IMG/VR virus record: IMGVR_UViG_3300028284_000005
Location: 1,752-65,751 of that record
Source: a virus
Lineage: Duplodnaviria; Caudoviricetes
DNA length: 64,000 nt
Strand: one strand, 5' to 3'
The notes below the pieces were generated by a model, which did no database searches, was not told the origin of the DNA, and worked only from the letters and a program-made list of their open reading frames with translations. Below are positions 1 through 9,184 of the stretch, in pieces (position 1 is the first letter of the stretch; each line of letters opens with the position of its first letter). The position numbers and the translations under genes were made by a program.

Positions 1-929
1 CTTTACAAAATAATATAAACAGTTCAGTTGGAGATGTTCTTATGGTAATAAGCACTAATAGCGGATCTTCTTTTACATATCCAGCTGCAAATTTTAGTGA
101 TGGTACAAATTCTGTTTCTATTACATTTAACCCATCTAATTATAATGTTTTTCCAATAAATTATTTAGGAAGTGTTGCACAATACAAGACACTTAGATCA
201 GAAGAAATAGTTACAATATTAAATTCTGAATTTACTTCTAATAATCTTAATCTAATAGCATCTACTATTAATGCCCCTAATGGTTCTCAAAACCCAGGTT
301 TTTATAAAGGTCTTAAAATAGAAACTACAAATCCAAGTGCTAGTATTATAATAACAAATAATAACCCTGATGCATTTGGAAGTGCAGTTGCAGGGGGAGC
401 GTCGGCAACTGCTATTGAATTAAATACAGTTGGAGGAACAGACGCTTTCTTAAAACTAACTAGACCAGACGGTGGAGATATATTAATTACAGGTTCTCCA
501 ACTACAGGTGGATATATTAATACAAATAGACTTACATCATCATCGGCCGGAAGTGCTGCTGTTTTATTAATGATTGAAGGAAGTTCTGATGCAACTGCAA
601 GTGAAGTTGGCGTTAATGTTGCTGAAGACCATGACATGTCACCACAAACTACAACAGGTGATGGTGTTGCAACGGGACTTACTATAACACATACTCCCTT
701 CTTAGGTTCTAAAGTTGAAGTTAGAGTTAATGGACTTGATGCTAATTTAGGAGATTCAACGAACTATCAAACAAAGAGTTGTTACTTTAGTAATGGATTT
801 GTAGTTAGAGATTTTGAAGATATAGTCGCAGGAGATGAATTATACTGGAACGGCACGCTGGTAGGATTTAATTTAGATGCAACAGATGACATAGATTTTG
901 TTTATCAAACCTCTAGCGATAACGTTTAA
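1..929 (+). CDS. Virion fibre/structural protein, C-terminal part (5'-partial)
   Basis: Frame is open from nt 3, before the ATG at 42. S/T/G/N-rich beta-type sequence ending in a VxVNG...DDIDFVY module typical of large-myovirus fibre/appendage proteins. Confidence 0.6.
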   Translation, partial: LQNNINSSVGDVLMVISTNSGSSFTYPAANFSDGTNSVSITFNPSNYNVFPINYLGSVAQYKTLRSEEIVTILNSEFTSNNLNLIASTINAPNGSQNPGFYKGLKIETTNPSASIIITNNNPDAFGSAVAGGASATAIELNTVGGTDAFLKLTRPDGGDILITGSPTTGGYINTNRLTSSSAGSAAVLLMIEGSSDATASEVGVNVAEDHDMSPQTTTGDGVATGLTITHTPFLGSKVEVRVNGLDANLGDSTNYQTKSCYFSNGFVVRDFEDIVAGDELYWNGTLVGFNLDATDDIDFVYQTSSDNV

Positions 930-1002
930 TAATCTTATATTATTTTACTATACTTTTATTGGAAAAAAAAGGCATAAAATTATCAAAAATGCCATCTTAT
1001 TT

Positions 1003-1010
1003 GATATATA
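1003..1010 (+). promoter_or_regulatory. Putative late promoter GATATATA (long-leader copy)
   Basis: Same octamer recurs upstream of structural genes at 5121, 6906, 8706, 16494, 22104, 29190, 30451, 43956, 55289 and 60822. Resembles T4 late TATAAATA. Confidence 0.55.
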
Positions 1011-1104
1011 CTTTATCAAAAATGAAATTAATACTTATTAAAAATTTAATATAATAGTTGTATCTACGTAAAGTATTTATGGCTATTACTATGTTTAAAA
1101 GCAA

Positions 1105-1138
1105 TGTCACATAACGTGACACATCCACATAACGTGGA
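1105..1138 (+). repeat. Two tandem hairpins/palindromes sharing the core CAC-ATAAC-GTG
   Basis: TGTCAC-ATAAC-GTGACA (1105-1121) and TCCAC-ATAAC-GTGGA (1124-1138). Confidence 0.75.
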
Positions 1139-1269
1139 AAAAATATAAATGATTTATAATTTTAATATTTAGAGTAGGGACTAATTTTTAAAAACAATAA
1201 TTAATATTAGGGAATTAATTATTATATAAATTTTAATTTATATTTTAATTTAAAAATAAAAAAAAAAAT

Positions 1270-4200
1270 ATGAATTTAATACCCGCAAAAATGCTTAAAT
1301 CATACAGAAACGGTGACTCTGATGTTGCTGTATCTGCTGATTGGGCAAATTTATCTGCGTCTAAAGTTATTGACGCAAATACTATCGGTTTAAAGTTTAA
1401 ACATGTAGAAGATGCATTATCTGTTGAAACTTCTAATAGAGCTGCTGCTGACGTTACACTACAAGGTAACATCGACGCTGAAGCTGCTACTAGATTAGCA
1501 AATGATAACACATTACAAGGTAACATTGATGCTGAAACTGCAAGAATTGATGCAATTTTATCTGCATCCAATGCTGATACTGATACATTCGCTGAAGTAG
1601 TATCTTTAGTTAATGCTGTAGATCTTGAAAACGATAATGCTTTTGCTGCACACGTTCTTTCTATGAACGGTGTTGTTTCACAAGAAATCGTTGATAGAGC
1701 TGCTGCTGATGTTGTATTACAAGGTAACATTGATGCTGAAGAAACTGCAAGAATTGCAGGTGACGACGCATTATCTGTTGCATTAAGTACTGAAGCTTCT
1801 GATAGAGCTGCTGCTGACGTTGCTGAAGCTTCTAATAGAGCTGCTGCTGACGTTGTATTACAAGGTAACATTGATGCTGAAGAAGCTGCAAGAATTGCAG
1901 GTGACGATGCATTATCTGTTGCATTAAGCACTGAAGCATCTGATAGAGCTGCTGCTGACGTTGTATTACAAGGTAACATTGATGCTGAAGAAACTGCAAG
2001 AATTGCAGGTGACGACGCATTATCTGTTGCATTAAGCACTGAAGCATCTGATAGAGCTGCTGCTGACGTTGCTGAAGCTTCTAATAGAACTGCTGCTGAT
2101 ACATTATTACAGTCTAACCTTGACGCTGAAGAAGCTGCAAGAATAGCTGCTGATGGTGTTTTATCAACTGCAATTTCTACTGAAACTTCTAATAGAATCG
2201 CTGGTGACGCTAGTATGTCAAACGCTGTTTCTACTGAAGCTTCTACTAGATTATCTGCTGATACATTATTACAGTCTAACCTTGACGCTGAAGAAGCTGC
2301 AAGAATAGCTGCTGATGGTGTTTTATCAACTAACTTAAGTACTGAAGCTTCTGATAGAGCTGCTGCTGACGTTGTATTACAAGGTAACATCGATGCTGAA
2401 GAAACTGCAAGAATTGCAGGTGACGATGCATTATCTGTTGCATTAAGCACTGAAGCTTCTGATAGAGCTGCTGCTGACGTTACACTACAAGGTAACATCG
2501 ACACTGAAGCTGCTACTAGATTAGCTAATGATAACACGTTACAAGGTAACATCGATGCTGAAACTGCAAGAATCGACGCAATTTTATCTGCATCTGATGC
2601 TGATACTGACACGTTCGCTGAAGTAGTATCTTTAGTTAATGCTGTAGATCTTGAAAACGATAATGCTTTTGCTGCACACGTTCTTTCTATGAATGGTGTT
2701 GTTTCACAAGAAATCGTTGATAGAGGAGCAGGTGACGATGCATTATCTGTTGCATTAAGCACTGAAGCATCTGATAGAGCTGCTGCTGACGTTGTATTAC
2801 AAGGTAACATTGATACTGAAGAAGCTGCAAGAATTGCTGCTGTTTCAACTGAAGCATCTACTAGATTATCTGCTGATAATTTATTACAGTCTAACCTTGA
2901 CGCTGAAGAAGCTGCAAGAATAGCTGCTGATGGTGTTTTATCAACTGCGATCGATACTGAAGCAACTGCAAGAGCAACTGCTGATACATCTTTATCAACT
3001 GCATTATCTACTGAAGCATCTAATAGAGCTGCTGCTGACGCTGCATTATCTACTGATTTAAGTAGTGAAGCATCTGTTAGAGCATCTGAAGATTTAGCAT
3101 TAAGTAATGCGATTTTAGCTGAAGCTTCTATTAGAGAAGCAGAGGATATAGTTTTATCTACTGCAATTTCTAATGAGTCTTCTTTATTACAAGATAATAT
3201 AGACGCTGAAGAATCTTCAAGAATATCTACAGACGCTGTTTTATCAACTGCAATTTCTCAAGAAGCAACTGATAGAGCTAATGCTGATGATATTTTATCA
3301 ACTGCACTTTCTACAGAAGTTTCTAATAGAGTAGCTGCTGATACATTATTACAGTCTAATCTTGATGCTGAAGAAGCTGCAAGAATTGCTGCTGATGGTG
3401 TTTTATCTACTGCAATTTCTACAGAAGTATCTGCAAGAATTTCAGGAGATGAAGTTTTATCTACACAGATAAGTACTGAAGAAGCAAGAATTGATGCAAT
3501 TTTATCTGCATCCAATGCTGATACTGATACATTCGCTGAAGTAGTATCTTTAGTTAATGCTGTAGATCTTGAAAACGATAATGCTTTTGCTGCACACGTT
3601 CTTTCTATGAATGGTGTTGTTTCACAAGAAATCGTTGATAGAGCTGCTGCTGACACTGTGTTACAAGGTAACATTGATGCTGAAGCTTCTACTAGATTAT
3701 CTGCTGATACTTTATTACAGTCTAACCTTGATGCTGAAGAAGCTGCAAGAATAGCTGCTGATGGTGTATTATCTGCTGATGTTGTTTCAATTGATACTGC
3801 TATTGCTGCTGAAGCATCTGATAGATTAGCTGGTGATGTTTCACTAGGTGTTCTTCTTTCTACTGAAATCTCAGAGATGGAAGATTTAATCGATGATGAA
3901 GAAGCTAGAGCTACTGCAGCTGAAGCTTCAATCCAAGGTAATGTAGCTGCTGAAGCATCTACTAGATTAGTTAACGATAATACGTTACAATCTAACATTG
4001 ATGCTGAAGAAGCTGCAAGAATTGCTGCTATTTCTGTTGAGGCTTCTACAAGATCTGTTAACGATATAGCGTTACAGTCTAATATAGATGCTGAAGAAAC
4101 TGCAAGAATTGCTGATATAGTTTCTGTTGACGCTTCTATGAGTACTGAAACTGCTGCAAGAATCGCTGGTGATGCTACATTATCTCAATCAATTGCTGAT

Positions 4201-4476
4201 TTAGATGGTGATTTTGTATCTGATTCTGATTTTGTTTCTGCAATTGGAGGATTCACATCTGGATCTATATTTAGTAATGATTTAAGTTCTTACGTTGGAA
4301 CTGCATCTTTTTCATTAACGCTTCCTGCGAATGATGTATTAGTTGCTGGTACAATGATGGTGTTTATTAACGGTATTGAAATATACAATGCTGAAAGTAA
4401 ATATTCAACTGGAATTACTTTACCATTTAATATAGAATCCGATGATTCTATTAGTGTTAAATACATTAAAGAGTAA
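1270..4476 (+). CDS. Long coiled-coil fibre-like protein with internal repeats (1068 aa)
   Basis: Many ExxxRxAAD 11/18-residue coiled-coil repeats. Three near-identical ARIDAILSASNADTDTFAEVVSLVNAVDLENDNAF blocks. C-terminal VFING...DDSISVKY module. Confidence 0.7.
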   Translation: MNLIPAKMLKSYRNGDSDVAVSADWANLSASKVIDANTIGLKFKHVEDALSVETSNRAAADVTLQGNIDAEAATRLANDNTLQGNIDAETARIDAILSASNADTDTFAEVVSLVNAVDLENDNAFAAHVLSMNGVVSQEIVDRAAADVVLQGNIDAEETARIAGDDALSVALSTEASDRAAADVAEASNRAAADVVLQGNIDAEEAARIAGDDALSVALSTEASDRAAADVVLQGNIDAEETARIAGDDALSVALSTEASDRAAADVAEASNRTAADTLLQSNLDAEEAARIAADGVLSTAISTETSNRIAGDASMSNAVSTEASTRLSADTLLQSNLDAEEAARIAADGVLSTNLSTEASDRAAADVVLQGNIDAEETARIAGDDALSVALSTEASDRAAADVTLQGNIDTEAATRLANDNTLQGNIDAETARIDAILSASDADTDTFAEVVSLVNAVDLENDNAFAAHVLSMNGVVSQEIVDRGAGDDALSVALSTEASDRAAADVVLQGNIDTEEAARIAAVSTEASTRLSADNLLQSNLDAEEAARIAADGVLSTAIDTEATARATADTSLSTALSTEASNRAAADAALSTDLSSEASVRASEDLALSNAILAEASIREAEDIVLSTAISNESSLLQDNIDAEESSRISTDAVLSTAISQEATDRANADDILSTALSTEVSNRVAADTLLQSNLDAEEAARIAADGVLSTAISTEVSARISGDEVLSTQISTEEARIDAILSASNADTDTFAEVVSLVNAVDLENDNAFAAHVLSMNGVVSQEIVDRAAADTVLQGNIDAEASTRLSADTLLQSNLDAEEAARIAADGVLSADVVSIDTAIAAEASDRLAGDVSLGVLLSTEISEMEDLIDDEEARATAAEASIQGNVAAEASTRLVNDNTLQSNIDAEEAARIAAISVEASTRSVNDIALQSNIDAEETARIADIVSVDASMSTETAARIAGDATLSQSIADLDGDFVSDSDFVSAIGGFTSGSIFSNDLSSYVGTASFSLTLPANDVLVAGTMMVFINGIEIYNAESKYSTGITLPFNIESDDSISVKYIKE

Positions 4477-4499
4477 TCATATATTTTATATATGAAATT

Positions 4500-4522
4500 A
4501 GGGGACTTCGGTCCCCTTTTTT
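4500..4522 (+). terminator. Rho-independent terminator with cUUCGg tetraloop
   Basis: AGGGGAC-TTCG-GTCCCCT followed by a T-run, between convergent genes. Confidence 0.9.
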
Positions 4523-5102
4523 ATTCACTTAAATTAGGGCTTTCATTATCACCCATTACGCCCACAAACTTTTTTATAAAAACTGACTTTTCCTCATCTG
4601 TTTTTAAAATATATTTATAATACCATGCACTTGTTGCTTGAATCTCACCTAGTCTTTCTTCTATGGTTACACATGCTTCTTCTATTTCTTTAAAGTCTTC
4701 TTCAAATTCACTAACATCTATGTCTAGTTTTACAGCATTAGATATTAATGTAGGTTGATCTCCTTTATCCCATGCTTCAATAGTAGAATCATATATTTCT
4801 TTAAGTTTTAGTTTTTCAGTGTCAGATAGGTCATCTATTTGTTTATCTGGATGGGTTTGAACTACTATTTTTCTAAATAGTTTTTTATATTCTTTTGACA
4901 TTTCCACCTTTTCAGGAGTTTCTTCTTCTTCTGGCTCACTAATAACAGGTTCAGGTTCTTCTCCTCCATTCTTTTCCATCATTACTTCTCTCATGAATTC
5001 TCTACTAGCTTCGTCATGCATTTCATTTACATCTTCTAATTCTTTAATTAAAAAATCATATTTCCGGAGTATTCTACTAAATCTAATATTATTTGTCGCC
5101 AT
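4521..5102 (-). CDS. J-domain-containing protein (atypical, internal J-like domain)
   Basis: YKKLFRKIVVQTHPDK contains the HPD motif. Only convincing minus-strand gene. AATATATA-N4-ATG upstream. Confidence 0.65.
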   Translation of the reverse strand: MATNNIRFSRILRKYDFLIKELEDVNEMHDEASREFMREVMMEKNGGEEPEPVISEPEEEETPEKVEMSKEYKKLFRKIVVQTHPDKQIDDLSDTEKLKLKEIYDSTIEAWDKGDQPTLISNAVKLDIDVSEFEEDFKEIEEACVTIEERLGEIQATSAWYYKYILKTDEEKSVFIKKFVGVMGDNESPNLSE

Positions 5103-5163
5103 CTGTTATATATTTATTAAGATATATACATTAATAGAATAAAGTAATTACTTATAAAAAATA

Positions 5164-5886
5164 ATGAGTTGGATTAAGAAAAAACAAGTCCTTGGCTTAG
5201 ACCATGATTTAGGATCTTTACAATTTAGCTCGATTCTCTTAAAAAGAACAACGTCTTTTAGTGGGAATCCTGGTGAAAGTGAAGCCACTCTAGACAATCA
5301 AACTGCCACTAATGTAACTACAGTTAAAGTTAATGTAAAAGACTCATTAATAGGTAATTCTTATTCTCAATTAGAAGATATTACAAATTTAAACGATTTA
5401 ATAATAAGAAATCAAGAAACTGGAGATGTAGCAATATACTCCATTCAATCAATAACTAGTGAAGTTAACTCTTCTTTCGAAGGTTACTTTATTCTAACAG
5501 TCCAACATTCTTTCGGATATGATAATACATTCACTTCTGGTGAATTAGTTTATTATTTTAGAGGAGTTACTTCATCTAGTATTATTGATTTAATCGATGA
5601 CCAGTCAGCCACAATGGCAGCTAATAACGCTAATATAGCTGGTCAACTTATTACAATGCAGCAGAATATAGATTCAAGTATATTTAAAAAATATGCAGAA
5701 AATATAGATTTTAATGTGCTTGCAAAAACAGTTTATCATAATTTAAACAGTAGTGACGTTATAATACATTTAGTCGATAGCAGTGGTAGAATGTATACTA
5801 ATATTAGTGTAGATAATTACAATTCAAATAATGTTAGAATCACAGTTAATGATTTAGACGTTTATCGAGTTATAATAATGAGCTAA
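5164..5886 (+). CDS. Putative virion fibre-associated protein
   Basis: HNLNSSDVIIHLVD motif as in phage fibre modules. GATATATA at 5121. Confidence 0.5.
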   Translation: MSWIKKKQVLGLDHDLGSLQFSSILLKRTTSFSGNPGESEATLDNQTATNVTTVKVNVKDSLIGNSYSQLEDITNLNDLIIRNQETGDVAIYSIQSITSEVNSSFEGYFILTVQHSFGYDNTFTSGELVYYFRGVTSSSIIDLIDDQSATMAANNANIAGQLITMQQNIDSSIFKKYAENIDFNVLAKTVYHNLNSSDVIIHLVDSSGRMYTNISVDNYNSNNVRITVNDLDVYRVIIMS

Positions 5887-6914
5887 TGAATGTATTAATT
5901 TATACAGGCTATCAAAAAGAACCATACAACTCAAACACTTTAAAGGAAAAAGGATTAGGAGGCACTGAACAGTGTTGTGTCTATCTTGCAAAATATCTTA
6001 AAAATTTTGGTTGGAATGTAACCGTAGGAGGTATGGTTATCGAGGATACTGTTGATGGTATCCAATGGCTTACAACTCAAACAATTCATAAAACAATGTT
6101 TAATAAATTTGATGTTATCATTGGAGTTAGTTATATTCATTTTTTAAAAGAGTTTGAAAAGTATAATTGTAAGAAAATATTTTGGGCGCATAATACTGAT
6201 TATTTTACATGGTGGAATGGAGAGGAATTAAATAATCATAAAGAACTTTTACATAGTCAAGATTTAAATAAAATAGTTTGCCTTACAAATTGGCATAAAA
6301 ATCAATGGGCAAACAAATATAATATAAGCCATGATAAAATAAAAGTTATTGGTAATGGAATAGAAACTGATAATTTTAAAAAACATATTAAAAAACAAAA
6401 TGGTAAATTTATATGGAGCAGTGCACCTGAGAGAGGCTTATATGAATTATTAAATAATTGGAAACATATAAAGGGTTTACTAGAACATGCTGAATTACAC
6501 GTGTTCACACCCTCGTATTCAATAGAAGAGTTTAATAATATAAATCTAGATTTAAAAGGTGTACATTTTAGAGGTAATGTAAATCCAACTGAATTACATA
6601 ATGAAATGTTAAGTGCAGAGTATTGGTTATATTTAACAGACTATGAAGAGACATATTGTATTACAGCTTTAGAAATGCAAATGGCAGGTGTTTTTCCAAT
6701 AACTACAAATGTTGCAGCACTAAATGAAACCGTAAATAGTGGTGTTATATTAAATAAAGAAAACAAGTGGGATAATTTTTATAAAATAATAAACAATTTA
6801 AATAAGCCTCTCAAAGAAAAGGCAATTAATCAATGTAAAGATTTTGCTAAAAAACAAACATGGTTAATGAAATCATTTGATTGGAAAGAATTAATAAATA
6901 ATTTAGATATATAA
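5886..6914 (+). CDS. Glycosyltransferase family 4 (GT-B)
   Basis: GLGGTE, WSSAPERGL and EETYCITALEMQMAG (EX7E) motifs. TAATG overlap with the upstream gene. Confidence 0.85.
   Translation: MNVLIYTGYQKEPYNSNTLKEKGLGGTEQCCVYLAKYLKNFGWNVTVGGMVIEDTVDGIQWLTTQTIHKTMFNKFDVIIGVSYIHFLKEFEKYNCKKIFWAHNTDYFTWWNGEELNNHKELLHSQDLNKIVCLTNWHKNQWANKYNISHDKIKVIGNGIETDNFKKHIKKQNGKFIWSSAPERGLYELLNNWKHIKGLLEHAELHVFTPSYSIEEFNNINLDLKGVHFRGNVNPTELHNEMLSAEYWLYLTDYEETYCITALEMQMAGVFPITTNVAALNETVNSGVILNKENKWDNFYKIINNLNKPLKEKAINQCKDFAKKQTWLMKSFDWKELINNLDI
6906..6913 (+). promoter_or_regulatory. Late promoter GATATATA, 4 nt before ATG
   Basis: GATATATA-ACTT-ATG (6918). Confidence 0.65.
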
Positions 6915-6917
6915 CTT

Positions 6918-7946
6918 ATGCTTAAAACGTTTGAACAATTTATAGTTGAAAAATCTAATAAAGACTATTTTAAAAAGGTTAATTTTTTATTAGCTGGAGA
7001 AAAGATTGAAGGTCTTACTGGTACCAATAATAAAAGAATCTATGGTGAAATAAATGACATTTGTTTAAATGAACTATTCAATACATATTACGCAAAGGGA
7101 GATTATGGAAAAGAATTAAACGTAGATCCAAAACTTCCAATTATATATTATGGAGGTAATAAAAAACAATCTTTAGAATTTTTAGAAAAGTATAAAATCT
7201 CAGAAGATACAATGTATAATTTACCTAAACAAATGAAAGTTAGTGGTAGTAAATCTAAATTTTATAAAGAATTTGAAGATTGTGATTTTATATGTAAGAC
7301 TGTTTATAAAAGAGAAGACGCAAAGGACTTACAATTTCCAGTAATTGCAAAGCCAGATGGAGAACACTCTGGACTAGGTATAGAAATATTTGATAAATAT
7401 GAAGATTTAGAAAAAAGTAAAGGTGAATTTGCAAATTATTCAGAAGCAAAAGATCTTGATAAAGAATTCAGAGTACTATTAATGAATGATAAAATAGTTC
7501 TAGTCCATGAGAGAGTTTCAGCAGGTGAAAATGAAATTAGAGACAAAGAATCAAATGAACAAACTGAATTTACATATGTTGACCAGGACATGTCTAAACT
7601 AGATTTTTTAGAAAAAGTAAATGGAATTTGTAAAACTATTAGAGAAAAGATGAGGTTAGGCCTTTGGTCAATTGATTTAATGATTGATAAAGAAGGTAAA
7701 TGTTGGGTTGCTGAAATAAATTCAGCTTCTGGCATGGCAGCTGATAAAATGGCCAGAGTTTATGTTATGATATATGAAGACTTTTATGGTGAAAAATTAC
7801 CACAAGAATTTAAAAATTATTTAAACGAAGAATATATTAAGCCTATTTATAAAATTAATCTTAAAGAAAATGTAGCTCAAATTAAGAAATCTAAATGCTG
7901 CGTTAATTATCAAAACATCATAGACGGTAAAGAAACAATACTTTAA
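6918..7946 (+). CDS. ATP-grasp (RimK-like) ligase with capsid-targeting-like N-terminus
   Basis: FPVIAKPDGEHSGLGI, EFRVLL, SIDLMID and WVAEINSASG motifs. Starts MLKTFEQFIVE. Confidence 0.8.
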   Translation: MLKTFEQFIVEKSNKDYFKKVNFLLAGEKIEGLTGTNNKRIYGEINDICLNELFNTYYAKGDYGKELNVDPKLPIIYYGGNKKQSLEFLEKYKISEDTMYNLPKQMKVSGSKSKFYKEFEDCDFICKTVYKREDAKDLQFPVIAKPDGEHSGLGIEIFDKYEDLEKSKGEFANYSEAKDLDKEFRVLLMNDKIVLVHERVSAGENEIRDKESNEQTEFTYVDQDMSKLDFLEKVNGICKTIREKMRLGLWSIDLMIDKEGKCWVAEINSASGMAADKMARVYVMIYEDFYGEKLPQEFKNYLNEEYIKPIYKINLKENVAQIKKSKCCVNYQNIIDGKETIL

Positions 7947-7959
7947 TATTGCATATAAT
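7933..7959 (+). promoter_or_regulatory. Putative middle promoter AAAC-N17-TATAAT
   Basis: Exact spacing repeated at 13183, 15270, 17245, 19774 and 56420. Confidence 0.65.
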
Positions 7960-7964
7960 ATTAT

Positions 7965-8702
7965 ATGTATAGTATATCAGAACTTAAGAAGACTCTCGTT
8001 TTAGATATTGAAACGACTAGTCATTATGAAAATTACGAAGATTTTTGTGCTAACCACCCAGGTGAAATGAAATTCTGGGCTAGAAAGGCAGCAGTATGTA
8101 GAAAAGATTTTGCTGAATTAGCAGATAAATCAGATGGTGAAATCTATAAGCAATATGCAGCAGTATATCCTGAATTTGGTAGAATAGTTTGTATCTCAAT
8201 AGGTCAAGTTAAATTTGACGATGATGACAATCCAACATTTTTAAAGAAATCATTCTATGGTTCTGATGAAAGAAAGAATGTTGAGGATTTTATAGAATTT
8301 ATGAGAGCTGTGTTTAATAAAATACCAGATGTTAAAATTCTAGGTCATGATATTAAAAGGTTTGATATGCCTTACATTCTTAAAAAATGTATGATAATGG
8401 GCATTAAAGTTCCAAGTAAATTTCATTTACATGATATGAAGCCATGGGAAAACTGTCTATTAGATACTATTGAAATTTGGAAATGTGGTAGTTGGGGTGC
8501 AGGAGTTTCACTAGAGCATTTAACATTTATGTTAGGAATTTCAAATCCTAAAGAAGCTGATGTATCTTCTAATGAAGATTATGGTGGAATTGCTAGAGCC
8601 TATTGGAATGGAATGATGGAAGAGTTAAAAGATTATTGTGAAGAGGATATTAGAGCCACTATGAACGTTTTATTGAAATTTAGCCATCAACAAACTATTT
8701 AG
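7965..8702 (+). CDS. 3'-5' exonuclease (DnaQ/PolB-exo-like, DEDD)
   Basis: LVLDIET, PEFGRIVCIS, GHDIKRFDMPYI and YCEEDI motifs. Confidence 0.85.
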   Translation: MYSISELKKTLVLDIETTSHYENYEDFCANHPGEMKFWARKAAVCRKDFAELADKSDGEIYKQYAAVYPEFGRIVCISIGQVKFDDDDNPTFLKKSFYGSDERKNVEDFIEFMRAVFNKIPDVKILGHDIKRFDMPYILKKCMIMGIKVPSKFHLHDMKPWENCLLDTIEIWKCGSWGAGVSLEHLTFMLGISNPKEADVSSNEDYGGIARAYWNGMMEELKDYCEEDIRATMNVLLKFSHQQTI

Positions 8703-8717
8703 TTTGATATATAAAAT

Positions 8718-9158
8718 ATGTTAACATTTAAAGAATATAATTTATTAGAATCATTAGACGATTCTAAACAACATGTTTATGTAATTAAAAAAAATGGAAA
8801 AGTAGCATATATCGGCATTGGTACAAAGGCTAGAACACATACTTCATTATCTCAATTTAAAAAGAAAAACGGAGGAGATTGTAAAATCTCAATAGAAAGT
8901 TCTTATTCCACAAAAGAAGCTGCCCTTAAAAAAGAAGCTGAATTAATTAAAAAATATGGTATTAAAGCAGAAGGTGGGAAATTAGATAATGAAAAGTTTG
9001 GAAACACCCCTTCAGATTTTTTAAAGAAAAAACACAGCGATGGTCTTAAAGGTTCTAAGCAATCTAATAATCATAAACAAAATATTAGTAAATCTCTTAA
9101 AGGTACTCCAAAAACTACAGCACATGCTAAGGCAATTAGTGATGCGATGAAAGGTTGA
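8718..9158 (+). CDS. GIY-YIG endonuclease with NUMOD3-like repeats
   Basis: HVYVI...YIGIG..R...EAELI...LDN core. Repeats HKQNISKSLKG and HAKAISDAMKG. Starts MLTFKEYNLLES after GATATATA-N4. Confidence 0.7.
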   Translation: MLTFKEYNLLESLDDSKQHVYVIKKNGKVAYIGIGTKARTHTSLSQFKKKNGGDCKISIESSYSTKEAALKKEAELIKKYGIKAEGGKLDNEKFGNTPSDFLKKKHSDGLKGSKQSNNHKQNISKSLKGTPKTTAHAKAISDAMKG

Positions 9159-9184
9159 CAACGACCTACTTACCTTAAATATGA

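Noticed and set aside
1245-3998. Long minus-strand ORFs (1245-2810, 3258-3998, 1832-2047)
   Set aside because: Shadow frames of the repetitive GCT/GAT-rich fibre gene. Ser/Ala-rich mirror sequence with no independent start signals.
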